A DNA stretch of 58,018 nt from a virus (lineage: Duplodnaviria; Caudoviricetes), in IMG/VR virus record IMGVR_UViG_3300032335_001124, positions 1 through 58,018 of that record, one strand, 5' to 3'. Positions 37,175 through 45,684 of the stretch are shown piece by piece. A program made the position numbers and the translations under genes. The notes under the pieces were generated by a model. It was not told the DNA's origin. It saw only the letters and a list, made by a program, of their open reading frames with translations, and searched no databases. Position 1 is the stretch's first letter, and every line of letters starts with the position of its first letter.

Positions 37175-37945
37175 TTAAAACCCAAGATTTTTACGTCTTA
37201 CAAAGCTAAGATCGTAAGTTGTGAAGTCTAACGGAAGAGTAGGTGTATTAAAAGGAGACTCATACACCTCACCTTCTATGTGTGCTTGCCACGCTGGTGA
37301 CCACTTGGCATGAAGATACTGCTTATTAAGCTCATGAGCGACATGTATCCCTTGGGCTAAAGCTGGCTCACTACGCCAAGTCTGGCTCCCGTCCTCATAC
37401 GACTCAGTGGCCCACCCGTGGTAATAAGGAACACCGACAGACATCTCACGTTTAATCTCTTGATGCTTAAACCGCATACCGTAATCCATATCTTCGCAGT
37501 AGCCAGGGTATAAGTTTTCATCAAATAGACCAAAGTTTTGTACAACCCAGTCTTTAAGAAGAAAAACATCCCAGCTTCCGTTTAGCCCGTGGACAATCCC
37601 TGTATCCGGATCGTCAGCTTTTTCCTTCATGGCTTTTAAAAAGCCAGGGGTAAACATAATATCGTGATTCGTGATCACCCAATAAGGGTTCATCATGGCC
37701 GACTTAATAATTAAGTTCCACGCACCAGAACATCCAAGATTTGCAGGAAGGTGACAAACTTTAACTTTCTTTACGAAAGCATGAGGAATGTGTTCTAGCG
37801 CATCAAGTTCGCGTGTAATTTGATCTCGGCCATTATTGTTAAAAACTATAAAAGTATCAACAGGGTAATCAATACTATAAAACAAGCGATAAACCCAATG
37901 AGGAGCGTTAACTACCGCTGTACCAATAACAGGAATAGATTCCAT
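37175..37945 (-). CDS. GT2-like glycosyltransferase
   Basis: NLG.SGAWN, ITNHDI and GLFDENLYPGYCEDMDY motifs. Confidence 0.8.
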   Translation of the reverse strand: MESIPVIGTAVVNAPHWVYRLFYSIDYPVDTFIVFNNNGRDQITRELDALEHIPHAFVKKVKVCHLPANLGCSGAWNLIIKSAMMNPYWVITNHDIMFTPGFLKAMKEKADDPDTGIVHGLNGSWDVFLLKDWVVQNFGLFDENLYPGYCEDMDYGMRFKHQEIKREMSVGVPYYHGWATESYEDGSQTWRSEPALAQGIHVAHELNKQYLHAKWSPAWQAHIEGEVYESPFNTPTLPLDFTTYDLSFVRRKNLGF

Positions 37946-37989
37946 TTTAAAACCAATGATGCTAACATAGTAGCATTCACAGAAGCCTT

Positions 37990-38706
37990 ATGACTAAATT
38001 TATTTGGGGACCAGAAGAAAGCTTAATCCTTCCTCTACCTGAAATTTCTTTTCTTATGAATAACGATGACTCTGGTAGGTGCCAAATGCACCAAGTAGGA
38101 ATACCAGAATACGAAATTATAAAATGGGCAAAACAGTTTGGAGATAAAACAAAAAGATTTATTGACTGTGGTGCTCATATGGGAACCTATTCGTTACTTC
38201 TTGCAGACGAATTTAAACATGTAGAAGCGTTTGAAGCTCAGCGAAGAACATATTTCCAGCTGTGCGGCAACATCTTTATGTTTGACAAAACCAATGTATC
38301 TCCTTACCACGCGGCGGTTACGGACGAAGAAGGAGGCAATGAAATTGTAGAGTTGTTTATTGTGTCCGAAGATGGTGGCGGATCTACAATCTTACCTTTA
38401 CCAGAAAACCAACCCGTACTAGCAACCGAATACATTGACACGTGCTACATAGATAACTTCGAGTGGAACGATATAGGACTGATAAAGCTTGATGTAGAAG
38501 GAAATGAACTCGCTGTTCTGCGAGGAGCGCACGATACGATTATTGACTCTGGCTACCCTCCAATTATTTTCGAATCAAACTCACACGCTTGGAACGTAAA
38601 ACACAAAAGTGAATTATTTAACTATTTACAAGTTAAGTTTGGTTACTCGATTGGTGAGATTAAACCGTTTAACAATATGTTTATCGCGGCAATTAAGGAT
38701 AAATAA
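37990..38706 (+). CDS. FkbM family SAM methyltransferase
   Basis: IDCGAHMG, AFEA and IKLDVEGNE..VLRGA motifs. Confidence 0.88.
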   Translation: MTKFIWGPEESLILPLPEISFLMNNDDSGRCQMHQVGIPEYEIIKWAKQFGDKTKRFIDCGAHMGTYSLLLADEFKHVEAFEAQRRTYFQLCGNIFMFDKTNVSPYHAAVTDEEGGNEIVELFIVSEDGGGSTILPLPENQPVLATEYIDTCYIDNFEWNDIGLIKLDVEGNELAVLRGAHDTIIDSGYPPIIFESNSHAWNVKHKSELFNYLQVKFGYSIGEIKPFNNMFIAAIKDK

Positions 38707-38904
38707 CTATTTAGATTTTTCTAACAATCTGCTTTCTGACGCTCTTTTTGCGTTGTACTTTGCAGAACATTTATAGTGACAAAAAGGTCCTTTACGGTCA
38801 GGTTGTTTTTGTTTCTTGCCGCACCACGCCTTGAGCTTTGACCCTTTCAGGGAAAACGAAACACCGCAGGTTGGACACACAGCGTGTAAAACAAAAATTT
38901 TCAT
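38707..38904 (-). CDS. small Zn-finger protein
   Basis: CPTCG..F and FCHYKC motifs. Confidence 0.55.
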   Translation of the reverse strand: MKIFVLHAVCPTCGVSFSLKGSKLKAWCGKKQKQPDRKGPFCHYKCSAKYNAKRASESRLLEKSK

Positions 38905-38969
38905 AAAAAAAGAGAGACTCGGTTATTAAACCCGAATCCCTCCCTTAGAGCAAGCTAGGAAAAGTAAAA

Positions 38970-39365
38970 TTATTGTGGAGATAATCCGTATTTTGTTTTG
39001 ACGTTATAACGAGCTAAAGCAAAACAGTTAACAAACGGGTATCTTTTTGTTTCGTTACCCATAGGATCAATAATAATCCTGCCGTTATAAGGGTTTTCCA
39101 GCTTACACCGATCTAGTTCCTGGTTATACACTTCTGAATATTTAATCGAACGTTGACCCTCTTCTCTAACATGCTTTAGAAACGAATAAGTAAATAAAGA
39201 TGCAAAAAGAAGTAAAACCCAAAAAGTTATAAAAATTAGAAGAAGACCCAAGAGATTAGGGGATCGGTACGCTAGAGCAGTTATAGGAAGATCTTTGCTT
39301 TTGAGATCGATTTTAATGTCGTTAGTCATGTGAGTTAGGTGTGAACCATACGTATAGTAGCACAT
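38970..39365 (-). CDS. single-pass membrane protein
   Basis: Hydrophobic stretch LLGLLLIFITFWVLLLFASLF. Likely start MTNDIK, preceded by TTGACA-16-TACTAT. Confidence 0.55.
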   Translation of the reverse strand: MCYYTYGSHLTHMTNDIKIDLKSKDLPITALAYRSPNLLGLLLIFITFWVLLLFASLFTYSFLKHVREEGQRSIKYSEVYNQELDRCKLENPYNGRIIIDPMGNETKRYPFVNCFALARYNVKTKYGLSPQ

Positions 39366-39429
39366 TATGACTCCTTGTCAACCCTCAGGGGGCTGCTAGT
39401 ATATTGATGTCAACAAAGGGACACAGCAC

Positions 39430-40056
39430 ATGGCCGAGGCTCCACCTCTAGATCAGAAATATACAATAACCCACGGCTGGTATAAACATCTTACCGATGG
39501 TTATGAAATTATCAAAAAACATGAACCAGCAAAAAAATTAGTTTTTGAACCTAAAAGCAAAAGGCTTATTGTCGAAATAGGCATGTATGAAGGAGCATCA
39601 ACTGTTTGGTGGATCGATAACTTCTTAACGCACGAAAATAGTAGGTTAATCGGAATTGATCCGTTTACCGGGTCAAAAGAGAACATTGAGAACCCAGAAG
39701 CACACCCGACCTTAGATAAAATTGAAAAAATTACAAAGAAAAACGTATCTTTGAGTCAACACCCAGAAAAAGTTGATATTTATAAAGGTTGCAGTTGGGA
39801 TTTGTATTCAAAATTGCAACCAGAGTTCGAGGAAGGGATTGACATCCTTTATATAGATGGTGCCCACGACAGTTTGTCGGTTTGTAGAGATATTGCTCTG
39901 TACTACCCTCATGTAAAACCAGGTGGAGCCTTGATTTTTGACGACTATGGAGCAGAATCTGTCAAAAAAGCTGCGGACTCCTGCTTAAGTTTGTTTGGGA
40001 ATATTGAAAATGCTTTTTACACAGGCTGGCAGCTCTGGTGTGTCAATGGAAAGTAA
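39430..40056 (+). CDS. class I SAM methyltransferase (Methyltransf_24-like)
   Basis: VEIG.YEG.ST, IDPF, LYIDGAH and KPGG.LIFDDY motifs. Confidence 0.85.
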   Translation: MAEAPPLDQKYTITHGWYKHLTDGYEIIKKHEPAKKLVFEPKSKRLIVEIGMYEGASTVWWIDNFLTHENSRLIGIDPFTGSKENIENPEAHPTLDKIEKITKKNVSLSQHPEKVDIYKGCSWDLYSKLQPEFEEGIDILYIDGAHDSLSVCRDIALYYPHVKPGGALIFDDYGAESVKKAADSCLSLFGNIENAFYTGWQLWCVNGK

Positions 40057-40942
40057 TAAAACAGTTAATCTTATCTGGTTTGGCGAAAGCGCAAACTTGT
40101 GGGGTAGGAGTTGGATTGAAGAACTACTAAAAGATGTGGAATTGGTGTACCACTACCCAAAAAACAAAGAGGGTGCGGTTTTACTGGACAATTGCATTGT
40201 GGTCACAAACAATAGCGAGTCATACGAATACATAGAAGCGTTAGATCGAGCTAATAAAAAGTATGCGGTGATTCTGTTATCGGACGAAACTTTAACAGAA
40301 CCCATGTTTTACTTATCAAGCCCTAACTGTATATACGCGGCACGGAACTATTTTAGTCCGCGTTACTGGCGCGACGATAAAGTATTTACTTTTGGCCTCG
40401 GTCACAGGCACAAATTCGAACACTACGTAACTCCGAAAGTATTAGCTTCAAAAAGACGACGTACGTGGAGTTTTGCAGGTTCTTTAAAAGCAGACCGAAT
40501 ACACGCATTTGATTGTTTTAAAGATATAAAACCCTACCAATTAAACATAATTGAGTTTTTTAACGATTCAAAAGGGCTGACTACGGAAGAGTATGCAGAT
40601 TTGTTGTCAGATACAGTTTTTTGTTTGGCGCCACAAGGTGGTTGTAATCTAGATTCTTTTCGAATCTACGAGGCTTTAGAGGCTGGAAGCATACCCGTGG
40701 TACTAAAACAGACGGAATATCAAAAAATACACCCTTCGTACTGGCATTCTATTTTTATAGGCGAAAAAGATATGCCTTTTGTGTGTGCGTCATCTTGGGA
40801 AGAAGCAGCACAAATTTGTAAAAAAATAATTCAAGAAGATCGTGCGAACGAAATTCAGAAAAAATGTAGTGTTTTCTGGGACTCGTGGAAACTTAAATGG
40901 CGTTCTACCTTTGCCACGCGGACCGAGCAGCTCAAAAAATAA
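40046..40942 (+). CDS. exostosin-like (GT47) glycosyltransferase
   Basis: WSFAGS, FCLAPQG...DSFRIYEALEAGSIPV. Likely ATG at 40046. Confidence 0.8.
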   Translation: MESNKTVNLIWFGESANLWGRSWIEELLKDVELVYHYPKNKEGAVLLDNCIVVTNNSESYEYIEALDRANKKYAVILLSDETLTEPMFYLSSPNCIYAARNYFSPRYWRDDKVFTFGLGHRHKFEHYVTPKVLASKRRRTWSFAGSLKADRIHAFDCFKDIKPYQLNIIEFFNDSKGLTTEEYADLLSDTVFCLAPQGGCNLDSFRIYEALEAGSIPVVLKQTEYQKIHPSYWHSIFIGEKDMPFVCASSWEEAAQICKKIIQEDRANEIQKKCSVFWDSWKLKWRSTFATRTEQLKK

Positions 40943-41268
40943 TAAACGCTAAAAATAAGAATTAAATTTTTTTAACCAGGGCCTGTCAATATATTGCTAT
41001 ACTCAGGTTTGGGGTCACTTCACCCCGCTGATTGTGAAAGGGTTCTCGCCGCCCCCGTCGTATAAGTGCTGTATATAAAAAAAAGGCCGGATTGCGGGCA
41101 GCTAATTGGTACATAGTGGCAGCCTAAGTAACACATAACAATCGCGCTAAGTGTTACTTAGTGTGCGCTTAGTTATCTAATAGGCATATAGTAGTACCTA
41201 TGTACTATCCCGCTTTATTAGTTAGTTTGAACTAGCAAGCGAGGGCGGGCACGTTAAGATTTATTTCA

Positions 41269-41375
41269 ATTAACCAAAGCTTAACCTTGGTGTGATATAC
41301 GCGCGGGCGTGCGCGTTCGTTGTATTACCTGACCGCTCAAAGGTTAATCAGAATTTAATCAGAATTTAATCAGAA
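41269..41375 (+). promoter_or_regulatory. Pho-box-like 11-bp-period repeats (YTTAAYYW-N3)
   Basis: attaacca-aag-cttaacct at 41269-41287 and (g/t)ttaatca-gaa x3 at 41343-41375. Confidence 0.5.
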
Positions 41376-41446
41376 GATAATCTGTTCTTATCCTTACCTG
41401 GTGGCTTATGGCTTACCTTTAGTTCATCGATCCCAAGGGACCGATT

Positions 41447-41458
41447 GAACCTAGACAA
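41447..41458 (+). promoter_or_regulatory. boxA-like antitermination element 1 (GAACCTAGACAA), preceded by a boxB-like hairpin
   Basis: One mismatch to the recalled cyanobacterial rrn boxA GAACCTTGACAA. Confidence 0.55.
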
Positions 41459-41614
41459 TCAAATAGATTCAAGCCAAGCCGTGAAACGTTCACCGGTCTT
41501 GCCACGGGTTCCCCGTCTCGCCATAGTTAAACCTATGAGATGAGACCGGATCCTAGGACAGGATTGTTATAACTATGCGAGAAGCAGCTTAAGTCTATTT
41601 GATTCTAGGTTTGT

Positions 41615-41626
41615 GAACCTTGACAA
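41615..41626 (+). promoter_or_regulatory. boxA-like antitermination element 2 (GAACCTTGACAA)
   Basis: Exact match to the recalled picocyanobacterial 16S-23S ITS boxA. Confidence 0.65.
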
Positions 41627-42287
41627 TCCGATTAGTTCACCCGTAGCTAGATAGTTAGCACGGATAGCCTACCCTATGGGTGAACCTATCTACATAGCTT
41701 CCTAACTATAACTAACTGAATGTGACAATCAGTTATTTATATTTACAGCGTAACAGTTTGGATCTGGCACTGTATCCGAATCTAGTAGGGCTTTGGTATT
41801 AACCAATGGAGATTCACCTAGACCAAACTGTAAACATATAGTGGCAGCATATTAACTCTAACAACTACTACAGCTGAACCATACAGTTCGCAACTGTATA
41901 TTCTCCCACGTCTCCTTAAGTGGATGCCAGCGTGGCAACTGAATACATAAGATTGTAGGCTTACATTCTTAAAGGGGGGTCGATATCCGCATCGACACCA
42001 GTGGCCTTGCGGCTACTGAATACAGAAGAATGTAAGGCCTCACAGTGTATGAGTTAGCTACCCTTTGCAGTTCATTCTGTAACGTGTAGCTAACTCTATG
42101 CACTGTTTAAGTTTATAAGTTAATTAATCTGAGTGCATCTATTAGGTGCCATGGTTAATGTAACTAACTAAGATCTTAGTTTAATATAGGATCATTTGTG
42201 ATCTTATTAGATCATCATGCTTAAAAGTTCTCCTCCTGTGTATTACATAGGATGAGAACCTTTTGGTTCTCTATCCACTAAATCCAG

Positions 42288-42605
42288 GTGTACATCATGA
42301 CTGATTTCGACTACGATTTGGCCCATGAGTTAAAGCTTCACGCAGACAATTTAAGTGTTCATTTTAATAGTGTAGGTAAAACTTTAAGTAAATTTTGGCG
42401 TAAGGGTTCTTTTGATTACGAACGCGCATCTGGTTACATCTACCGAAACCTAACTATTCCAGCCGCTAAAGATTACCACAGTCTATGTGGTTCATTAACA
42501 GACTCTTGGTTTGGAATGTTTCCTATTCCAGAGCGTAAGTATGTTACAGAGAAGATCTTGATGGAATTCTTAGATGAGTTTCATTCAGGTAACTTTTGGG
42601 AATAA
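42288..42605 (+). CDS. early hypothetical protein
   Basis: First ORF after the non-coding region; EL.L.ADN...KG.FD...A..AAKDY pattern seen in phage early genes. Confidence 0.65.
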   Translation: MYIMTDFDYDLAHELKLHADNLSVHFNSVGKTLSKFWRKGSFDYERASGYIYRNLTIPAAKDYHSLCGSLTDSWFGMFPIPERKYVTEKILMEFLDEFHSGNFWE

Positions 42606-42626
42606 TACTTTAACTTTATTATCCAC

Positions 42627-42821
42627 TTGCACTTCAACATTATGACTGGCCTAAAACCATTTGCTGGCACCTTTATCTACAAAGGTGTGCAGGTTAATTG
42701 TATTGATCCATCACGTAGATTAGACGGTGATTTGTTTTACTTTCAATCGCCATTAACTAACAAGATTGTATGGACTACCACGCCTAACAAAGCCCGCAAA
42801 CTTATCAAGGAGATTATCTAA
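42627..42821 (+). CDS. early hypothetical protein
   Basis: ORF track. Confidence 0.5.
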   Translation: MHFNIMTGLKPFAGTFIYKGVQVNCIDPSRRLDGDLFYFQSPLTNKIVWTTTPNKARKLIKEII

Positions 42822-42823
42822 TC

Positions 42824-43021
42824 ATGACCATCAAAGTTAATCTGGATTCAATGCGTGAGGCTATCGGAACTTGTGTGTCTGATGGTTACTACGACTACGT
42901 TGTTGTTGATTACTCGTTAGCTAACGACACTATAGAACTATGGTGTAAGAAGCGTCAGACTTTCTACAAGGTAACACCTAGAGCATTTGATAATATGCTA
43001 TGTGTCTCCGGTACAATATAG
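42824..43021 (+). CDS. early hypothetical protein
   Basis: ORF track; AAGGAG upstream. Confidence 0.55.
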   Translation: MTIKVNLDSMREAIGTCVSDGYYDYVVVDYSLANDTIELWCKKRQTFYKVTPRAFDNMLCVSGTI

Positions 43022-43099
43022 TAATTTCTCTATAAGAAAGTATTAGTGGGCTGCGCATACTTACCACGCAGAACTTAAACACTCACTAGCTAACAACTA

Positions 43100-43366
43100 A
43101 TGATTAAAACTACCATCACTCTCAATCAATTCCATGATCTTTTGGCAGATGCTTATGCTGTCAGTGTGAATGATACGCTCTACTTTGTGGGTTATCATAC
43201 GGATGATACTCCTTACATTGCCGCCGACAATGATGGGAACGATTATACTGATCTTTCCACTGTGGATGGTGACATTGAACTAGATGATACTTATGCTGTG
43301 TTTTTCTATGTGAATGGTGCTCCATTTCGTATGATTTTTCTTAACATTAAAGCTCCTATTCTATGA
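43100..43366 (+). CDS. acidic early hypothetical protein
   Basis: Starts 27 nt after repeat copy 1. Confidence 0.6.
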   Translation: MIKTTITLNQFHDLLADAYAVSVNDTLYFVGYHTDDTPYIAADNDGNDYTDLSTVDGDIELDDTYAVFFYVNGAPFRMIFLNIKAPIL

Positions 43367-43533
43367 CCTACGATTTTACAACCAACAAACTCAATTTACT
43401 CACTGCTAGGGAACAATTAATGGAGGACATTGATTGCATCCTTGATGAATACTTCCAGGAGTATGGTATTACAAACGACCCTCAACTTGTTAAGGTCTTA
43501 TGTGATGCCGTATGCAACAACTTTCCTTTCTAA
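43363..43533 (+). CDS. cyanophage-type small protein (56 aa)
   Basis: Hand translation ...REQLMEDIDCILDEYF...LCDAVCNNFPF; ATGA-coupled. Confidence 0.65.
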   Translation: MTYDFTTNKLNLLTAREQLMEDIDCILDEYFQEYGITNDPQLVKVLCDAVCNNFPF

Positions 43534-43555
43534 TTCACCGCGCAAACTAACCGCC

Positions 43556-43777
43556 ATGGATTTCACAATCACAGACAAGCTCCAAACTATTAACGGTAAG
43601 GAGTATTCCTTATCTGCTGTTAACAACCTAACACGGATTAAGATTAACAACCGACTGCATTATTTAGGTGATCAAATACTTAAGTTACGTATGCAACAAG
43701 ATGAGCTAATTAAGATGCGAGATGAGTTAGATAATCAGCCCATAGACTTATTTCATGAGATGTTCGAAACAACTTAA
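43556..43777 (+). CDS. early hypothetical protein (73 aa)
   Basis: True start likely MDFTITDK at 43556, because the upstream part overlaps another gene. Confidence 0.6.
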   Translation: MDFTITDKLQTINGKEYSLSAVNNLTRIKINNRLHYLGDQILKLRMQQDELIKMRDELDNQPIDLFHEMFETT

Positions 43778-43852
43778 ATCACTATCCCGTTTGTATTAGT
43801 GGGCTGCGCATACTTACCACGCAGACAATCAACATCTACAAACACAATCACC

Positions 43853-44218
43853 ATGCGTAAGATCGAAGCCTTGATGTGCGATGCGATCCGCAATCGCAAG
43901 CCATTTAAGTCTGGCAACACAGAAGTTAAGCCAGTTACTTATGGCCACAATGATCACATACAGGGGGAGACTAATGTCTACCTCCACAATAATTGGGTCG
44001 CAAGTATAACTTATTATGCCGACCGGGTGGATTACGTTAATGTCAATAACTGCGGATGGCAGTCGTCAACAACTAAGTCAAGACTTAATGCAATCCTGAG
44101 AACATTTACTGAGTGGGCAGTGTATCAAAAGGCTCACACTTGGTACTCATATAATTACAAACATGTGGCGCATGATGCGCTATTTCCTAATAGCGAATGG
44201 GTACACTTTAAGGCTTGA
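43853..44218 (+). CDS. cyanophage-type hypothetical protein
   Basis: MRKIE..M..AI...SGNT.V...VYLH.N...GWQS.TTKSRLNA. Confidence 0.7.
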   Translation: MRKIEALMCDAIRNRKPFKSGNTEVKPVTYGHNDHIQGETNVYLHNNWVASITYYADRVDYVNVNNCGWQSSTTKSRLNAILRTFTEWAVYQKAHTWYSYNYKHVAHDALFPNSEWVHFKA

Positions 44219-44292
44219 TGTATTAACCCTCGTTGAATATCCTCGCTCGCTTCGCTCACTGCGGGGCGAGTTTACTATTTATCACCAACGTC

Positions 44293-44505
44293 ATGAACTT
44301 ACACTCACAACTTGATCACATCCTAACTCAATGGGATATCAAACAATCCACAAAACGTGGATACAATCCGTTTGCTCTAGGTATTTACTTAGAACGGGCA
44401 GAAAGATTAGCTAAAGATGTAGCTCAAGGCGCCACAATTAGTGACGCGATTGATGAACATTTTTGCGACAGACTTGCAGCTATGCTGCATAAGAAATTTT
44501 CTTAA
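44293..44505 (+). CDS. early hypothetical protein
   Basis: ATG at 44293 after the hairpin repeat; YNP.AL..Y...F.DRL. Confidence 0.6.
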   Translation: MNLHSQLDHILTQWDIKQSTKRGYNPFALGIYLERAERLAKDVAQGATISDAIDEHFCDRLAAMLHKKFS

Positions 44506-44582
44506 ATCACTATCCCGTTTGTATTAGTGGGCTGCGCATACTTACCACGCAGAACTTAAACATCCACATCCAAATTATTACA

Positions 44583-45308
44583 ATGAAACGCCCTCAAGGT
44601 TTTGTTTTGTGGGAGGGGTTGTCGCCTCTCGATGGATCCCCAATCGTATGCATTGCAACACTTAAATCAGCTAATCGCAAGACTGGCAATATGATTCAAA
44701 CATTCATATTGCGCCAAGATATTAACCCTGTGGCTGCACTTAAGAGCGGCGATGATTTAGCGATCTGCGGTAATTGTTACCATCGAGGATCAGGCTTTGT
44801 AAACAACAAGCCACGCAGGAAAAGATCTTGTTACGTAAATGTAGGCCAGGCGCCTAACAGTGTGTGGAAATCATACAGGCGTAATGGTTACCCTAAATAC
44901 GATGCAACTCTACACTCTAAGTATTTCAAAACAAGGAAGATTCGCTGGGGTTCTTATGGCGATGGTGCTATGTTGCCTGCTGAGTTAGTTACATATTTCA
45001 ATAACCTATGTATATCCCACACAGGCTACACTCACCAGTGGCGAGAATCATTTGCTCAATGGTGCAAAGGTGTATTTATGGCATCATGTGATGGTCTACA
45101 GGATTACATTGAAGCATCCGCCCATGGTTGGAAGACCTTTGCAGTTGTAGCAAAAAACTCTGTAGCATTCAGTGGTAAACAATGCCCAGCTACAGTAGAT
45201 AACAGCCAGGCGCAATGCCTAACATGTAGCCTGTGCGATGGCACTAAAACAGATATATTTGTAGAAGTACATGGCACCGGGGCTTCTAACTTTGTGGCCG
45301 CAGTGTAG
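44583..45308 (+). CDS. Cys-rich conserved phage protein (gp88/radical-SAM-like)
   Basis: S.N.KTG.M.QT, CG.C..R...CYV, R.G.YGD, TGYTHQW and CPA....C..C.LC motifs. Confidence 0.6.
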   Translation: MKRPQGFVLWEGLSPLDGSPIVCIATLKSANRKTGNMIQTFILRQDINPVAALKSGDDLAICGNCYHRGSGFVNNKPRRKRSCYVNVGQAPNSVWKSYRRNGYPKYDATLHSKYFKTRKIRWGSYGDGAMLPAELVTYFNNLCISHTGYTHQWRESFAQWCKGVFMASCDGLQDYIEASAHGWKTFAVVAKNSVAFSGKQCPATVDNSQAQCLTCSLCDGTKTDIFVEVHGTGASNFVAAV

Positions 45309-45519
45309 CTGAAACCATAAACATGATGTACACTGCCTATGCAATTTAGATTTAATCCGTGGCAGAAAATGTAACCACGCGGCATTACAAAATTGAATTA
45401 GTTATCGAAGTTAGTGCAGATAAAACTAGCCCTTTAGTGTGGTTATCTGAATGCATCTATGAGAACATCGACTTAAACAACTGCGAAGATCTTAAATCAT
45501 TCAACATGGAGGAACTCAA

Positions 45520-45684
45520 ATGAATTGGCGACCTGAAACAATTGAAGAACACATTCTTGCACTTGAGCGAGAACTTGAGGAGGTAAACTCTAGCGATGAG
45601 TGGGAGTTTATTAACAACAAGCTGGAGAACTTAGAGCTCAAACTGTTACATAGCTGTGTTGAGTATATGGAGATTGCCTATTGA
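45520..45684 (+). CDS. small acidic protein (54 aa)
   Basis: GGAGG RBS; hand translation MNWRPETIEEHILALERELEE... Confidence 0.55.
   Translation: MNWRPETIEEHILALERELEEVNSSDEWEFINNKLENLELKLLHSCVEYMEIAY

Larger units (their letters stand above)
41422..42106 (+). ncRNA. candidate large structured non-coding RNA or RNA cluster
   Basis: No ORF; nearly contiguous long stems with nested hairpins, many with G-U pairs on the plus strand (listed under findings). Confidence 0.65.
43040..44562 (+). repeat. three identical 33-bp intergenic repeats (43040-43072, 43793-43825, 44521-44553)
   Basis: GTATTAGTGGGCTGCGCATACTTACCACGCAGA. Copies 2 and 3 share 53 bp; copies 1 and 3 share 42 bp. Confidence 0.95.

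Noticed and set aside
41422-42106. Known self-cleaving ribozyme, group I/II intron or rRNA fragment
   Set aside because: No hammerhead CUGAnGA/GAAA core, no P7 or domain V consensus and no rRNA similarity recognised by eye. An Rfam scan is still needed.
43430-44292. ORF-track starts at 43430, 43799 and 44233
   Set aside because: They run through other genes or repeats; ATGs at 43556, 43853 and 44293 are more plausible.
43040-44553. 33-bp repeats as a CRISPR array
   Set aside because: The spacers are about 700 bp and contain genes; no cas genes are present.
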